A stretch of DNA of 64,000 nt, taken from contig NC_079240.1 in the NCBI RefSeq assembly GCF_027921745.1, positions 124,001-188,000 of the forward strand, written 5' to 3'. This stretch comes from Schizosaccharomyces osmophilus. Lineage: Eukaryota. A program made the translations under genes and the position numbers. Every line of letters begins with the position of its first letter. The first letter of the stretch is position 1. The notes beneath the pieces are model-generated. The model worked only from the letters and a program-made list of their open reading frames with translations, had not been told where the DNA came from and ran no database searches. Shown here one piece after another: positions 1 to 10,374 of this stretch.

Positions 1-352
1 AAATCCGTAACCGTTAAAAGCACTATGTATGCAAATGTACCGTAAAAAGTATAATAGATGGCAGGGGTTTTTCGTCCGAAAATTTAACTAAACTGAGTTG
101 TTGTTGAAATACTTCCTCGCCGTTTAAGATATAAGGTGGTTGGGAAGACGAATATGAACGGATGAGGTTAAATCATGCCCATACGGTAAACCGTTCATTT
201 CACTAAACTAGGATATTATTCAAATATATAATTTAATTTAATTGTAGTTCTTTTTTTTATTTTTTTACAAAGAGGATCCTGTAAATATTGGCTACAACTA
301 ATCCGCTGAGTGAAGGTAACTTGTATCATGTATTATTAAGACTAATCTATTC

Positions 353-658
353 TGTCAAGGCCGAGATATTGTATAATAATAATACAAGAGAGTTTGTATA
401 ATCTTATTAGAAAAGAAACAATGTTACCTCGTAGAGGATACAAATATACCAAACTTGAAAAGTACGAATCTTCAGATAGGAGGATTCGACGGATCTAGCC
501 TAATAAAATTAGTGTCGTTTATTTAGCTAGTCCGTGGGCTTTGAAAATCCTGAATTATAAACTAAGTAGAGCCCAATATATACACATTCAACTTTTTGCA
601 ACCCTTAAACCATACACTCAGTATTATAAATATACAGCGTAAAATTTCAGCTGTGACA
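353..658 (+). repeat. 5' LTR (306 bp)
   Basis: Starts TGTCA, ends TGACA; AATATA ~443-448 and AATAAA 502-507; about 14 substitutions versus the 3' copy by manual alignment. Confidence 0.93.
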
Positions 659-659
659 A

Positions 660-672
660 AATCTTCCTATCT
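660..672 (+). promoter_or_regulatory. Self-priming primer binding site (complementary to LTR 474-486)
   Basis: AATCTTCCTATCT pairs with AGATAGGAGGATT over 13 bp with one G-U pair. Confidence 0.8.
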
Positions 673-717
673 CGCCTGAGTGGTGTTGAATCAAGATTCA
701 AGGAAGCTTTCTTGATT

Positions 718-1509
718 ATGAATTCATTTAAGAATGTCATTTATGAGATGCAAGCACAACTAGACGCCTTAAATTCCAAGATGGAACAGAACGATCATAT
801 GGAAGTCGACGAAGGACTTAAGCTAGATGAACCCTTCGATTTAATAGAGCTTGTGTGCGCAGCCTACGGTTCAAGAAGCGTCGCATATTTAAATATGATT
901 TCGAACATTCATCCAGGGGAATTTGACCCATCAGAAATTTCGGCGAAGTCTTTCAGAAGGAAACTTGAAAGCATATTCAAATATTTACCAAAAGTTTTCA
1001 ACGATGAAAGAACAAAAATTGCCTTTCTTAATTCCAATTCTCCAGGGAGCTATCAAAGACAGATCAAGGAAATTTTAAAAACTCCAGGATCTCAAGAGAC
1101 CTTTACGAATGTGTTTAATCAAGTTTTCCTAAATGAAAGAGAAAAATCATGGTTTAGTCCGGTCCCCAAATTTTTAAACAAAGGAGCTCGCGGCGAACTT
1201 GATGTTGATCAAATACATAAATGGATGGATACACTCGATAAAGAAGCGACTAGAAAGGCAATGATATTTGCTTTACACTCTGATTATTATAGAAATGAGC
1301 TTCTAAATCATAATTATGAACGTGGAAACCTTGAAGCAATCGTCAATACAGTAAATAATCAGGTCCAATATAGAACAACGAGAAAACCATTTAAAGGATA
1401 CTCTCCCAACAATCAGTATCAATCTAGGTCGAGAAAATTTCCTAAAGGAAATGAACGTACTAAGAGTTATCAAAAGTCGAAACCTAAAAATAATTCTCAT
1501 GATGACTAG
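718..1509 (+). CDS. gag: Retrotransposon Gag-like protein (~263 aa)
   Basis: Uninterrupted ORF directly after the PBS; basic/polar C-terminal tail; lies upstream of the protease. Assigned by position, not by a recognised motif. Confidence 0.75.
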   Translation: MNSFKNVIYEMQAQLDALNSKMEQNDHMEVDEGLKLDEPFDLIELVCAAYGSRSVAYLNMISNIHPGEFDPSEISAKSFRRKLESIFKYLPKVFNDERTKIAFLNSNSPGSYQRQIKEILKTPGSQETFTNVFNQVFLNEREKSWFSPVPKFLNKGARGELDVDQIHKWMDTLDKEATRKAMIFALHSDYYRNELLNHNYERGNLEAIVNTVNNQVQYRTTRKPFKGYSPNNQYQSRSRKFPKGNERTKSYQKSKPKNNSHDD

Positions 1510-1970
1510 TCACCGAAAGAAAAGAGAGCGATAGGGACGAACATACCTCTATACGCAAAGTTCAAAGGGGAAATTCATCAGAATTCTCTCAGAAGGAAAG
1601 AATGCCTCTTCAAGAACTTGAAATAGCAGATCTGCCAATTACAACTTTTATAGATACCGGCGCAGCCGTATCCCTCATCAGAGAGGATTTAGCAAAACAA
1701 ATTACGCCTAGATTCAATCCAGAATATCGCAAATTTGCGGGCATAACAAAAGACCTTGTTAAAGTTACTGGAAATCTAACATTACCAGTGAAGGTTGGCA
1801 ATCAAAAGCTTTACGAAACATTTATTATCACTCCATCTCTCTACTATTGTCTATACCAGTCAACTCTCCCGGATCACGACTTCCTCTCAGCGACATGGTT
1901 ACCTCAACAGATGGTAAGAAAACGAAATTTTTCATTAGTTCGTAATTTTCACCTACGCGCTTCTACATGA
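1506..1970 (+). pseudogene. pol: Truncated pol: N-terminal aspartic protease half fused in frame to a chromodomain-like integrase C-terminus
   Basis: Frame open from 1506; FIDTGAAVSLI retropepsin active site; breaks after TFIITPSL, before the expected ILG motif; continues YYCLYQ...ATWLP...LVRNFH*, resembling the C-terminal half of a chromodomain. Confidence 0.75.
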
Positions 1971-2031
1971 TAGAACCGCACGATTTTAAGATTCTTCAAT
2001 TCAAGAAATGACAGAATCTTAGGCCGGGAGG

Positions 2032-2336
2032 TGTCAAGGCCGAGATATTGTTTAATAATAATACAAGAGAGTTTGTATAATCTTATTAGAAAAGAAACAA
2101 TGTTACCTTGTAGAGGAAATAAATATACCAAACTTGAAAAGTACGAATCTTCATATAGGAGGATTCGACGGATCTGGCCTAATAAAATTAGTGTCGTTTA
2201 TTTAGCTAGTCCGTGGGCTTTGAAAATCCTGAAGTATAAACTAAGTAGAGCCCAATATATCCAAATACAACTTTCTACAACCCTTAAACCATGCACTCAG
2301 CATTATAAATATACAGCGTAAAATTTCAGCTGTGAT
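2032..2336 (+). repeat. 3' LTR (terminal CA damaged: ...TGTGAT)
   Basis: About 95% identical to 353-658; preceded by the PPT and followed by TSD TATTC. Confidence 0.93.
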
Positions 2337-2960
2337 TATTCATCTTTTGTCTCCTTTATTACAATTCTTAGTTACAGTTGATAAGTCTCGAAAAAGAGAA
2401 CTGACTCAATCGATGGTTTATTTCAAGCGAAGCTACGAACTTACAAATCAAAGAATTGTAACAAACTTATGAAAACCATCCTAAGAGAACAGCAATGAAG
2501 GACTTTTTGTATTTATATATGTACTTCTCAAGTGGCATTTATTTATTTTGCTTTTTTTTTGTTTATGCTCTGGAAATTTCAAATGTAAACAAACAGATAA
2601 CTGCACTACCCTTCCTCATTCATGACATATATCGACATTGAATGTAGATCCAAACAAGGATCCACAAGATGATAAAGAAAAGAAAATCAGCTATTCATAA
2701 ACCCAGCAAAGACTCATTGATTACTATGCGATGAAAATTTTTCTTTAGTAGCAACTGGAAAGAAATGGATTATCATCTCTTGCTTGAGATGCGTCATCAG
2801 AACATATGGACTAGGATAACTAGTGACAAAAAATTGAGAAAGGAAAATTCAACCCAAGGTAAATCCTATAAAACACGCTCACAACGTAAAAGAAGGTCGT
2901 AGTCGTAGTAAATAAATTCCAAACATGTATAGAAATAATTTTTTGAAAAACAAAAAGTAA

Positions 2961-3042
2961 CTCCCAAGGCGAGAATCGAACTCGCAACCTTCTGATAACC
3001 TTCGTAAGAGTCAGACGCTCTAACCGATTGAGCTACCCGGGA
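2961..3042 (-). tRNA. tRNA-Lys(CTT) with 8-nt intron (2997-3004)
   Basis: Minus strand TCCCGGGTAGCTCAATCGGTTAGAGCGTCTGACTCTTA-cgaaggtt-ATCAGAAGGTTGCGAGTTCGATTCTCGCCTTGGGAG; cloverleaf, A/B boxes, downstream T run. Confidence 0.95.
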
Positions 3043-4321
3043 CTTGTTGTTACTATTTATAGTTAAATTATAATTGTTTTTTAAAAACAACTTTTAAAAG
3101 CAATTACTTTGCAATAACTCGAGCGAGAAAACAAGAAAGGAAACATAAAGTATTTTCCTCGTTCTCAGCACACATCTAAATGTGGGCAAGTCCAGCCTTT
3201 GATGAATCAACAGTTGTGAGCAACAACCATTTTCAACTGGAAAAGCAGTTAGCCATGGAGGGCGATATAGGCCTTAATGTGCTTTTAAAAAGGCTGCTAT
3301 AAGAACGTAAAAAAAGGGATTATGAATGATACTCACTGTTTGATTTTTGCTTCACTCGCTCATCCAAGGAGAAAAGTCAATAGGTGTTCATTCATATCTG
3401 CACAACGGCCACAGGGTATATAAAAGAGAAATATAATTTTAAAATGAAATGATCGAGTTGGAGGGGAAGAGAGCTCGAATATTCACTTTTTATAAAAGGT
3501 AAAAGGTAAGAATGTGACCAAACTGTTTCTTAATTAGGAGAAGTACCTTTGAGCTGAAAGAAATCCTTCATTTCTTCCAATTGAATAAAAGGAAAGACAA
3601 GAGCTTTAAAAAATTTCAATGTAGATGCATACCTCAATTCCGTATAATGATGGTAACCAAAGAAAAATATTGGGATAAGAAAATCAACCTAATCGGCTAA
3701 AAAGAACGAGTACACTCTCTTGTGTGTCTATTATGACCCAAAATTTTCCTTCATGGTCAGTTTTCGTAACTAGAGTGCTCGTTTCCTGCTCCTTAATCAT
3801 CCAAGTCATGGGCGGTATTTAGTGATGAATTAATAAGACAGGAATTCAAGAAATCATCGAAAGACAAGAGCTACTCCTAGAACTGGAGTATCATGGAGAA
3901 GAACATTTCACAAGAGCATCAAATCATACAAGTCTACTTATCCCTAATTCATTTATGCACATGAATTTCAAAGCCTGTGGACGTTTGTCTCTTTATTAAA
4001 AAATTCTACCATTTATCATTTCTAGTGGATAGTATTTAATTGTCCATGTCAGTTTAAGGTATTCCTCCAATTCTCACTCTCCGCTTTGCTTTTCTTTTTT
4101 ATTTGTTTACTTGTTCTTGTTTTATTTTGAAGAAATAAAAGATATTAAAGGTATACACTATTTTTTATGTTTGTCTAAACCATACGTACATGTTCCGTAC
4201 CATCTCATCCTTCCACGAGCATACTTTATTCCTTGCGTTGATCGGTTAGCAATCGAATTGGACTAAGAGAATACAGATTATACCTAAACTATAGAAAACA
4301 ATAGCTCTCGGAAACTTCATT

Positions 4322-5065
4322 ATGAGTCAAATTGCAGAAAAGGTTGTATTATTGACAGGCGCTTCTAAAGGTATAGGCCTCGCGACTGCTCAGGCACTTC
4401 GTACCAAGTCTAAAGTGGTTGCCGTTAGCAGAAGCTTGACGAAGGAATTAGAGACTTTACTTGTACAACATCCAGGTTCCTTCGTGCATGTGCAGGGTGA
4501 TGTTTCAAAGACAGCCAAGTCTAGTGTAGAAACGGCTATTACAAAGTTTGGGCGTCTTGATGCCATTGTTCTAAACGCCGGTCTTGTTGAACCAATTTCG
4601 AAAATTGAAGAGGCAGATGTGAATCAATGGCGCAGGTTGTTTGATGTTAATTTCTTTAGCGTAGTCGAGACTATCAAGCAAGCAATCCCCCATTTACGCA
4701 AAACAAAAGGCTCAATAGTTGTCGTATCCTCTGGGGCCGCTGTTCGTGCTTACCCTGCTTGGACTGCCTACAGCACCTCAAAAGCCGCTGTCAATATGCT
4801 TGTTACGAGCCTTGGCAGTGAGGAACCAGACATTATGAGCGTTGCAGTACGACCAGGCGTCGTTGACACTCCCATGCAAGATCTTATTCGCGACGAGCAA
4901 AACAAGCCAGCCATGGGAGATATGCATAATTACTTTAAAGAACTCAAGTCTTCTGGTAAGCTGGTATCCCCTCACGACGTTGCCAAAGCTCTTACTTACT
5001 TGGCTTTAAACCCAAACGAAAAGATTACTGGTCAATTTGTTGAATGGAAGTCCTTTGTTGAGTAA
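4322..5065 (+). CDS. Short-chain dehydrogenase/reductase (sepiapterin reductase-like; resembles S. pombe SPBC30D10.05c)
   Basis: TGASKGIG Rossmann motif, NAG, YxxSK catalytic motif, PGVVDT. Confidence 0.92.
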   Translation: MSQIAEKVVLLTGASKGIGLATAQALRTKSKVVAVSRSLTKELETLLVQHPGSFVHVQGDVSKTAKSSVETAITKFGRLDAIVLNAGLVEPISKIEEADVNQWRRLFDVNFFSVVETIKQAIPHLRKTKGSIVVVSSGAAVRAYPAWTAYSTSKAAVNMLVTSLGSEEPDIMSVAVRPGVVDTPMQDLIRDEQNKPAMGDMHNYFKELKSSGKLVSPHDVAKALTYLALNPNEKITGQFVEWKSFVE

Positions 5066-5652
5066 AGACTTCCAACGCCTTATTTATAATTACATTAGAG
5101 TGAATGACTATGAATTTTTGTTTTATATCTATCTCACGCATTCTTTGGATGGAAATTGTTTTGCTTCTTTTCATCACTCACTTACTGGCTTATGAGAATA
5201 GAGCGATCTTTTACAAAAACCAATTTACATATGTGCCTTTGAATTCTTAAATTTTCTTTTTCAATAAAAACATAAAAAAATGAAATGAGGAGCTTTGCAA
5301 GGCTTTGCATGGCCTACCCTCACTTAAAGTCGGTTTTTTAGCTACTCATTCTACAATTTGAAACTTTATGATCAAATTCACGAATTCAAAAAACTTCAAG
5401 CAGAAGGTCGGGTTCCTTCAACTACGAAATTACGCTTTTGTCTATTCACGAAATTTTTCTATTCGCATATGACGACGACCTGGCAGTGTCAAACGTTTAC
5501 ATAACACTTTCTTGAGGCAAACAGTCAAAAAATAAGTCAAATTCAACGAAATTAACAAGTATTGCTGATTATTGAAATCTTATTGGAATTTAACACATAA
5601 GTGTTTCTTTTTGTTCGGTCTTTTACTGTAAATAAAAACTATCGGTTAAGAA

Positions 5653-7482
5653 ATGCAAGACATCCAAAAGTCTACCGTTTTCACCCTTCCGGACGATTTA
5701 CTGGAGTCTATCGAATTAAAACCGGATCTTTCAAGTCATATTTCAACCCCCGAAGCAAGTGAAGTTACAGAAAACGCAAGAGAGTCTCGAATAACAGATC
5801 CTACCCAAAAAAATATTTTATCATGTACCGTATGCGGAATTAATGATCTAAGTGATTTAGAGAATCGGAAGCAACATGTAAAATCGGATTGGCACCGGTT
5901 TAATGCGAAACGCACAGGAGCAGTTCTTCCTTCCGTATCGCTGGATGAATTTGAGCAAATCTTAGACAATTTAACAGAATCCATATCAGGTTCAGAAAGC
6001 GATGATGGCTCAGACAAGGAAGAAGCTAGCAAAGGGCAGTTGGAAAAGGCTTTTCAAAACTCGCTTCGAATTAGTGAGAACCCTCAGCAAGAAAACGAAG
6101 AGTCGACAAATCACAAAAAGTCGCCGATTGTTTGGTTTAAAATAAAACATCAAGACCTATTAAGTCCGTTATTTCTGGGTATATACCGACACCTATTCCC
6201 ATTGGATTCCGTTATAACAAAGGATCAACTTTTAGAGTATCAAACTGGAAACCAAAAGAAACCACTTCAAATAGCCATGTTTATGCTCGGAGGTGGTCAT
6301 TTCGCAGCAATGGTAGCTACCAATGAGGTTTCTGGAAAGCCACCTCAGTCTTCTGCTACTCCTAAAGTTGTGGCTCAAAAAACTATCCACCGATATACGA
6401 CGAGAAGGAAACAAGGTGGTTCTCAAGGTGCCGCCGATAATTCAAAAGGGGGAATCCATTCAGCTGGTAGTAGCCTTCGTCGATACAACGAATTGGCATT
6501 GATTCGGGACATACAACAACTGTTCAATGACTGGAAATATCTACTGGACAAATGTGATTTGATATTTATCCGGGCAATCGGTGCATCAAATCGATCAATT
6601 TTCTTTTCACAAACAGATCCTTTAGTTGATCCTAAAGACACAAGGTTAAGAACATTTCCTTTTACTACAAAGCGTGCTACACATTCTGAGTTACTTCGAT
6701 GCTATAAAGAGTTAGTTACACCCAAAGTCAGTAATATCGATACTCAAAGTTTGGATACCCAACAACAGGAACTTAGAAAAGAGAATGAAGCAAAAAAAGG
6801 TGCTGAACGAGAACTTAGGGAAAAGCAGGAAAACGAGAGAAAGCTATTGACAAAGCATACTGATGCATTACTTGCTAGTTTAAAAGCAAATAAATTAGAG
6901 GAAGCTCTAAAGTATCTACAAACAAATGCTCTATCTATCAATTTCCGATTTCACCCATTAAATGTTCATACTCACACTTCTTCGCCTTTACATTATGCTG
7001 TTGCTCAAGGAAACACAAAATTAGTAGCAAGGCTGCTTCGTGAAGGAGCAGACCCTACTGTACAAAATGGAAACAGTAAAACTCCTTACGAAATCAGCTC
7101 GAGCAATCGAGAAGTGCGAGACGAATTTTCGATTGCTCGATATGAGCTAGGTGAAGAGACTTATGACTGGGAAATGGCCAAAGTTGGTTCAGCAAAGTCA
7201 CGAGATCAAATTGAAAAACTGAAACAAAAAGCAAAGGCTCGCTCGGAAAGTCAAAAAGAAGAGCGTGAACAACAAGAGGCACAACGACGTCAAGAAGCCA
7301 TAAAGAAGATTAAGGAACAAGAGAAGAAAGATTATGATGCCAATAATGGTAAAGGTTATTCCTTGGGTATTAATCCATTGCGCAAACAAGATGATCTAAA
7401 GTCTTTAAGTCCAGAAATGAGACAAAGAATTGAACGTGAAAAACGTGCAACGGCAGCTATGAAGCGTTTGCAAAAGCAATAA
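5653..7482 (+). CDS. vms1: Vms1/ANKZF1 ribosome quality-control factor
   Basis: C2H2-like CxxC...HxKSDWHRFN; VLRF1 motif HRYTTRRKQGGSQ; ankyrin repeat; C-terminal coiled coil and VIM-like tail. Confidence 0.92.
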   Translation: MQDIQKSTVFTLPDDLLESIELKPDLSSHISTPEASEVTENARESRITDPTQKNILSCTVCGINDLSDLENRKQHVKSDWHRFNAKRTGAVLPSVSLDEFEQILDNLTESISGSESDDGSDKEEASKGQLEKAFQNSLRISENPQQENEESTNHKKSPIVWFKIKHQDLLSPLFLGIYRHLFPLDSVITKDQLLEYQTGNQKKPLQIAMFMLGGGHFAAMVATNEVSGKPPQSSATPKVVAQKTIHRYTTRRKQGGSQGAADNSKGGIHSAGSSLRRYNELALIRDIQQLFNDWKYLLDKCDLIFIRAIGASNRSIFFSQTDPLVDPKDTRLRTFPFTTKRATHSELLRCYKELVTPKVSNIDTQSLDTQQQELRKENEAKKGAERELREKQENERKLLTKHTDALLASLKANKLEEALKYLQTNALSINFRFHPLNVHTHTSSPLHYAVAQGNTKLVARLLREGADPTVQNGNSKTPYEISSSNREVRDEFSIARYELGEETYDWEMAKVGSAKSRDQIEKLKQKAKARSESQKEEREQQEAQRRQEAIKKIKEQEKKDYDANNGKGYSLGINPLRKQDDLKSLSPEMRQRIEREKRATAAMKRLQKQ

Positions 7483-7654
7483 AAGCAAGATAAAAGTATC
7501 TGAATGAATGACGAGTTTATGAAAAACATACTGTTTTATGCTATAAATAGATATATAGAAAGTAATTGAAAAAATAAAAATTTAAATTTCTATTATAGGG
7601 AGAGAGAAAGCACAAAAATTATAAACCTCAAAAAACCCAAATACATTATTTTAC

Positions 7655-8613
7655 CTAAACCTGTTTATTTTGTTTCTTTTTCTTGTTAGACTTCTTGGAA
7701 GGAGCAGCCTTTTTAACAGCCTCGGCATTAGCTTGTGTTACATCCGAATCGAGAGTTATGCCAAGTTGCTCAAGCTTTCGCTTCTTCAATTGTAACTTGC
7801 GGTTATGGCGAGAAACCAGCTTCTTAACCTTCTCACCACTCAAAGGCTTCTGATGTTCTAAACGAGCGATGGTAGCACGGGGAATACGTTTAAATGGTTG
7901 GGAAGCACCTTTGAACAATTCATCATGAATTTGATCCTTTGGAATCACCTTACATTGCAATAACCGGCCATATAAAAGATAATTGTGCATAGTCTCAGCG
8001 ACAACGTTAGCAACATCAACGGATTCAAACTCTATGAAAGCATAATGTTTGCTATTGCCGGTCTATTATGGTTAGCAATTATTCAACATTTTATCACCGT
8101 GCGTAAACGCCAAACTTACCTTTTTACTACGAGATAACCGGAGACGGAGAACGGTACCAAATTGAGAGAAGTAACCTTGCAATTGTTTTTCGTGGAATCC
8201 GTGAGGAAGGCGACCGACATACAAGACACCTGGTTGGTTGTTCAAAACCTTCTTCTCTGAAACCTTCTTTTTTATTTTCTTCTCCTTGTCGTCTTCTAAC
8301 GCCATAATTGGCTTGGAAGCGCCTTTTGAACTATCTAATTCCACGCCGTTCTCCTCGTCTTCATCACCAGAAGATTCAAAGCCCTTTAAGGCTTCTTCAT
8401 TTTCGTTTCCATTGTTTATGGGTTCCTGTCCAGCATTTTCTTGAGGAGCAGTGGGCTCGGTCTTCTCAACATCATTCACTTTCTTGTCGCGAAGCGTTGC
8501 TTTTGGCTCTTTCTGTTGCTCTATTTCATCAATTGCATTAATATCGTTAAACGTCCACAAACGTCCTTTTACTTACTCTTCGTAGCCCTTGTAGGCTGCT
8601 TTGTTTTCGACAT
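7655..8613 (-). CDS. nop15: Nucleolar RRM ribosome-biogenesis protein Nop15/NIFK (2 introns)
   Basis: [14 protein letters not shown]...YAFIEF...[11 protein letters not shown]; predicted introns ~8522-8573 and ~8063-8119. Confidence 0.88.
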
Positions 8614-9082
8614 TTCTTCTTCTAATGGTGTTGGTTGTAAACTGAATTTTTCAGCAAGAATATACTCTCTTTCAAATAAAATAACTCATAAAAATGCGCA
8701 ACACTACACTACGTATCACTAAAACTCGGTTCCGATGCACTCCAATGCACTACACCACACCCTTACTCAATGACATTCTCAACGTGGAAAGCATTGAAAG
8801 AATGCCTTTTTCTCGATTTCCTCAAAAACCGGGTTCCTCGTCTAGTGGGTTCTTATAAAAATACATTGAAAGTAATTTATCATTGTTAACCGATATTTAT
8901 CTACATGTTCATTCAACGCTAAAATTTTTTTATAACCAAAAGGACAAGACGGGAATCAAAGATTTAGCAGTAATAAAAAAACCCAACCTTTTTTCTATTT
9001 AAAAAGGAAGCAAAAAAGCAAAAACAATAAAAAAAGAGAATGAATACTTTTAAAAATATAACGGAAAGGGAAGTAAAGCAGA

Positions 9083-10374
9083 TTACAAAAGACCCTTTTT
9101 GACAGCAACTTCAGCATTCAAAATACCAGCACCGGCGGCACCCAAAACAGTGTTGTGAACAAGAGAGACAAATTTAACGTCAAAAATAGAATCAGGTCGG
9201 ATACGACCAACAGAAACAGCGTATCCATTTTGGTTTTCACGGTCTAAACGGGGTTGAGGACGGTCGGGACAAGATTCATCAAAGACAACAATAGCTTGCT
9301 TGGGAGCGCTGTGGCAGTCAAGCTTTTGAGCTTCACATACATAATCATTAAGAGCCTTATGAACATCGGAAACAGAAGGATTCGCCTTTGCAAATTTGAC
9401 AGAGATGCACATTAAGTGACCGTCAATAACAGGCACCCGGTTACATTGAGCAGAAACAACGGTGTCGTTTAATTCAAAAGCAGATTGGCTTTCATTCACA
9501 CCACCCAAAATCTTACGGGTTTCCCATTCAATCTTGTCTTCCTCGCCACTGATATAAGGGACAACGTTGTCCAACATATCGAGACAAGGAACACCAGGGT
9601 AGCCAGCACCAGAAATAGCTTGCATACTAACAACCGATACCTTGTCAATAGGACCAAAGGCATCTTGAAGGGCTTTAAGGGGTACGACAACGGCTGCAGT
9701 AGAGCAATTGGAGTTGGTAATAATGCAACCACGATCTAGGTTGTTCTCTTTGCGTTGAGATTTGAGGACATCCAGATGCTCAGTGTTGACAGTGGGAACG
9801 ACTAAAGGAACATTTGGAGTTCTACGATAGTTCTTGGCATTGGAAAGAACAGGAATGTTTGCATCACGAAGGTTCTTTTCAATTTCACCAGCGAAATCAG
9901 AATCCAAACCGCTAAAGACAATGTCACATTGAGCGAATTCTTTAGCATCGCAGGACTTGACAATCATGTCGGTAACCTTCTTGGACATGGGGACGGATTG
10001 CTTCCATTTGGTTGCCTCCTTGTAAGACTTGCCGGCAGAGCGGGCAGAAGCACCAAGGACGGCAACCTCAAAGTTGGGATGATCAGAAAGAAGAGTTAAA
10101 AATCTTTGACCAACAGTACCTATAACAGTTAGCTATTGGATCTTCCTAACAGTGAAGAAACTTTAAGTGGCCTTTTTTGGATATGTACAGATTGAACGGG
10201 AACTATTATTCTTATTCAATAGACTTGCTTTCTTGCCATAGTACGTATTTGTTCAATTCTTTATTCTTAACGCGGGTTAAGAATCACTTTCAACCATAAA
10301 GCACCCAGCTTTCTTCAAAATGACCAATTGTACTTACCGGTAGCACCAAGAATACCTACTTTCTTAACAACCAT
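9083..10374 (-). CDS. hom2: Aspartate-semialdehyde dehydrogenase (1 intron ~10120-10337)
   Basis: MVVKKVGILGATG|TVGQRF; NSNCST catalytic Cys; QAISGAG; HNTVLGAAG. Confidence 0.95.

Larger units (their letters stand above)
353..2336 (+). mobile_element. Internally deleted (non-autonomous) Ty3/gypsy Tf-like LTR retrotransposon (chromovirus-type)
   Basis: Direct repeats 353-658 and 2032-2336 (TGTCA...TGACA termini); 5-bp TSD TATTC at 348-352 and 2337-2341; PBS just after the 5' LTR; purine tract AGGCCGGGAGG 2021-2031; gag-like ORF; DTGA protease motif; no RT/RNase H/integrase core. Confidence 0.92.

Noticed and set aside
1..350. Recurring ACCGT/ACGG words left of the element
   Set aside because: No regular period or recognisable RNA gene; truncated by the window edge
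2031..2321. 96-aa ORF spanning the 3' LTR
   Set aside because: Non-ATG start, and the 5' LTR copy has a TAG in the same frame (~496); incidental
353..3042. Idea that the element targeted the upstream flank of the tRNA
   Set aside because: The element lies ~625 bp beyond the 3' end of tRNA-Lys, not at its 5' side; sequence left of the window is unknown
2866..3090. 74-aa minus-strand ORF
   Set aside because: Overlaps tRNA-Lys; spurious
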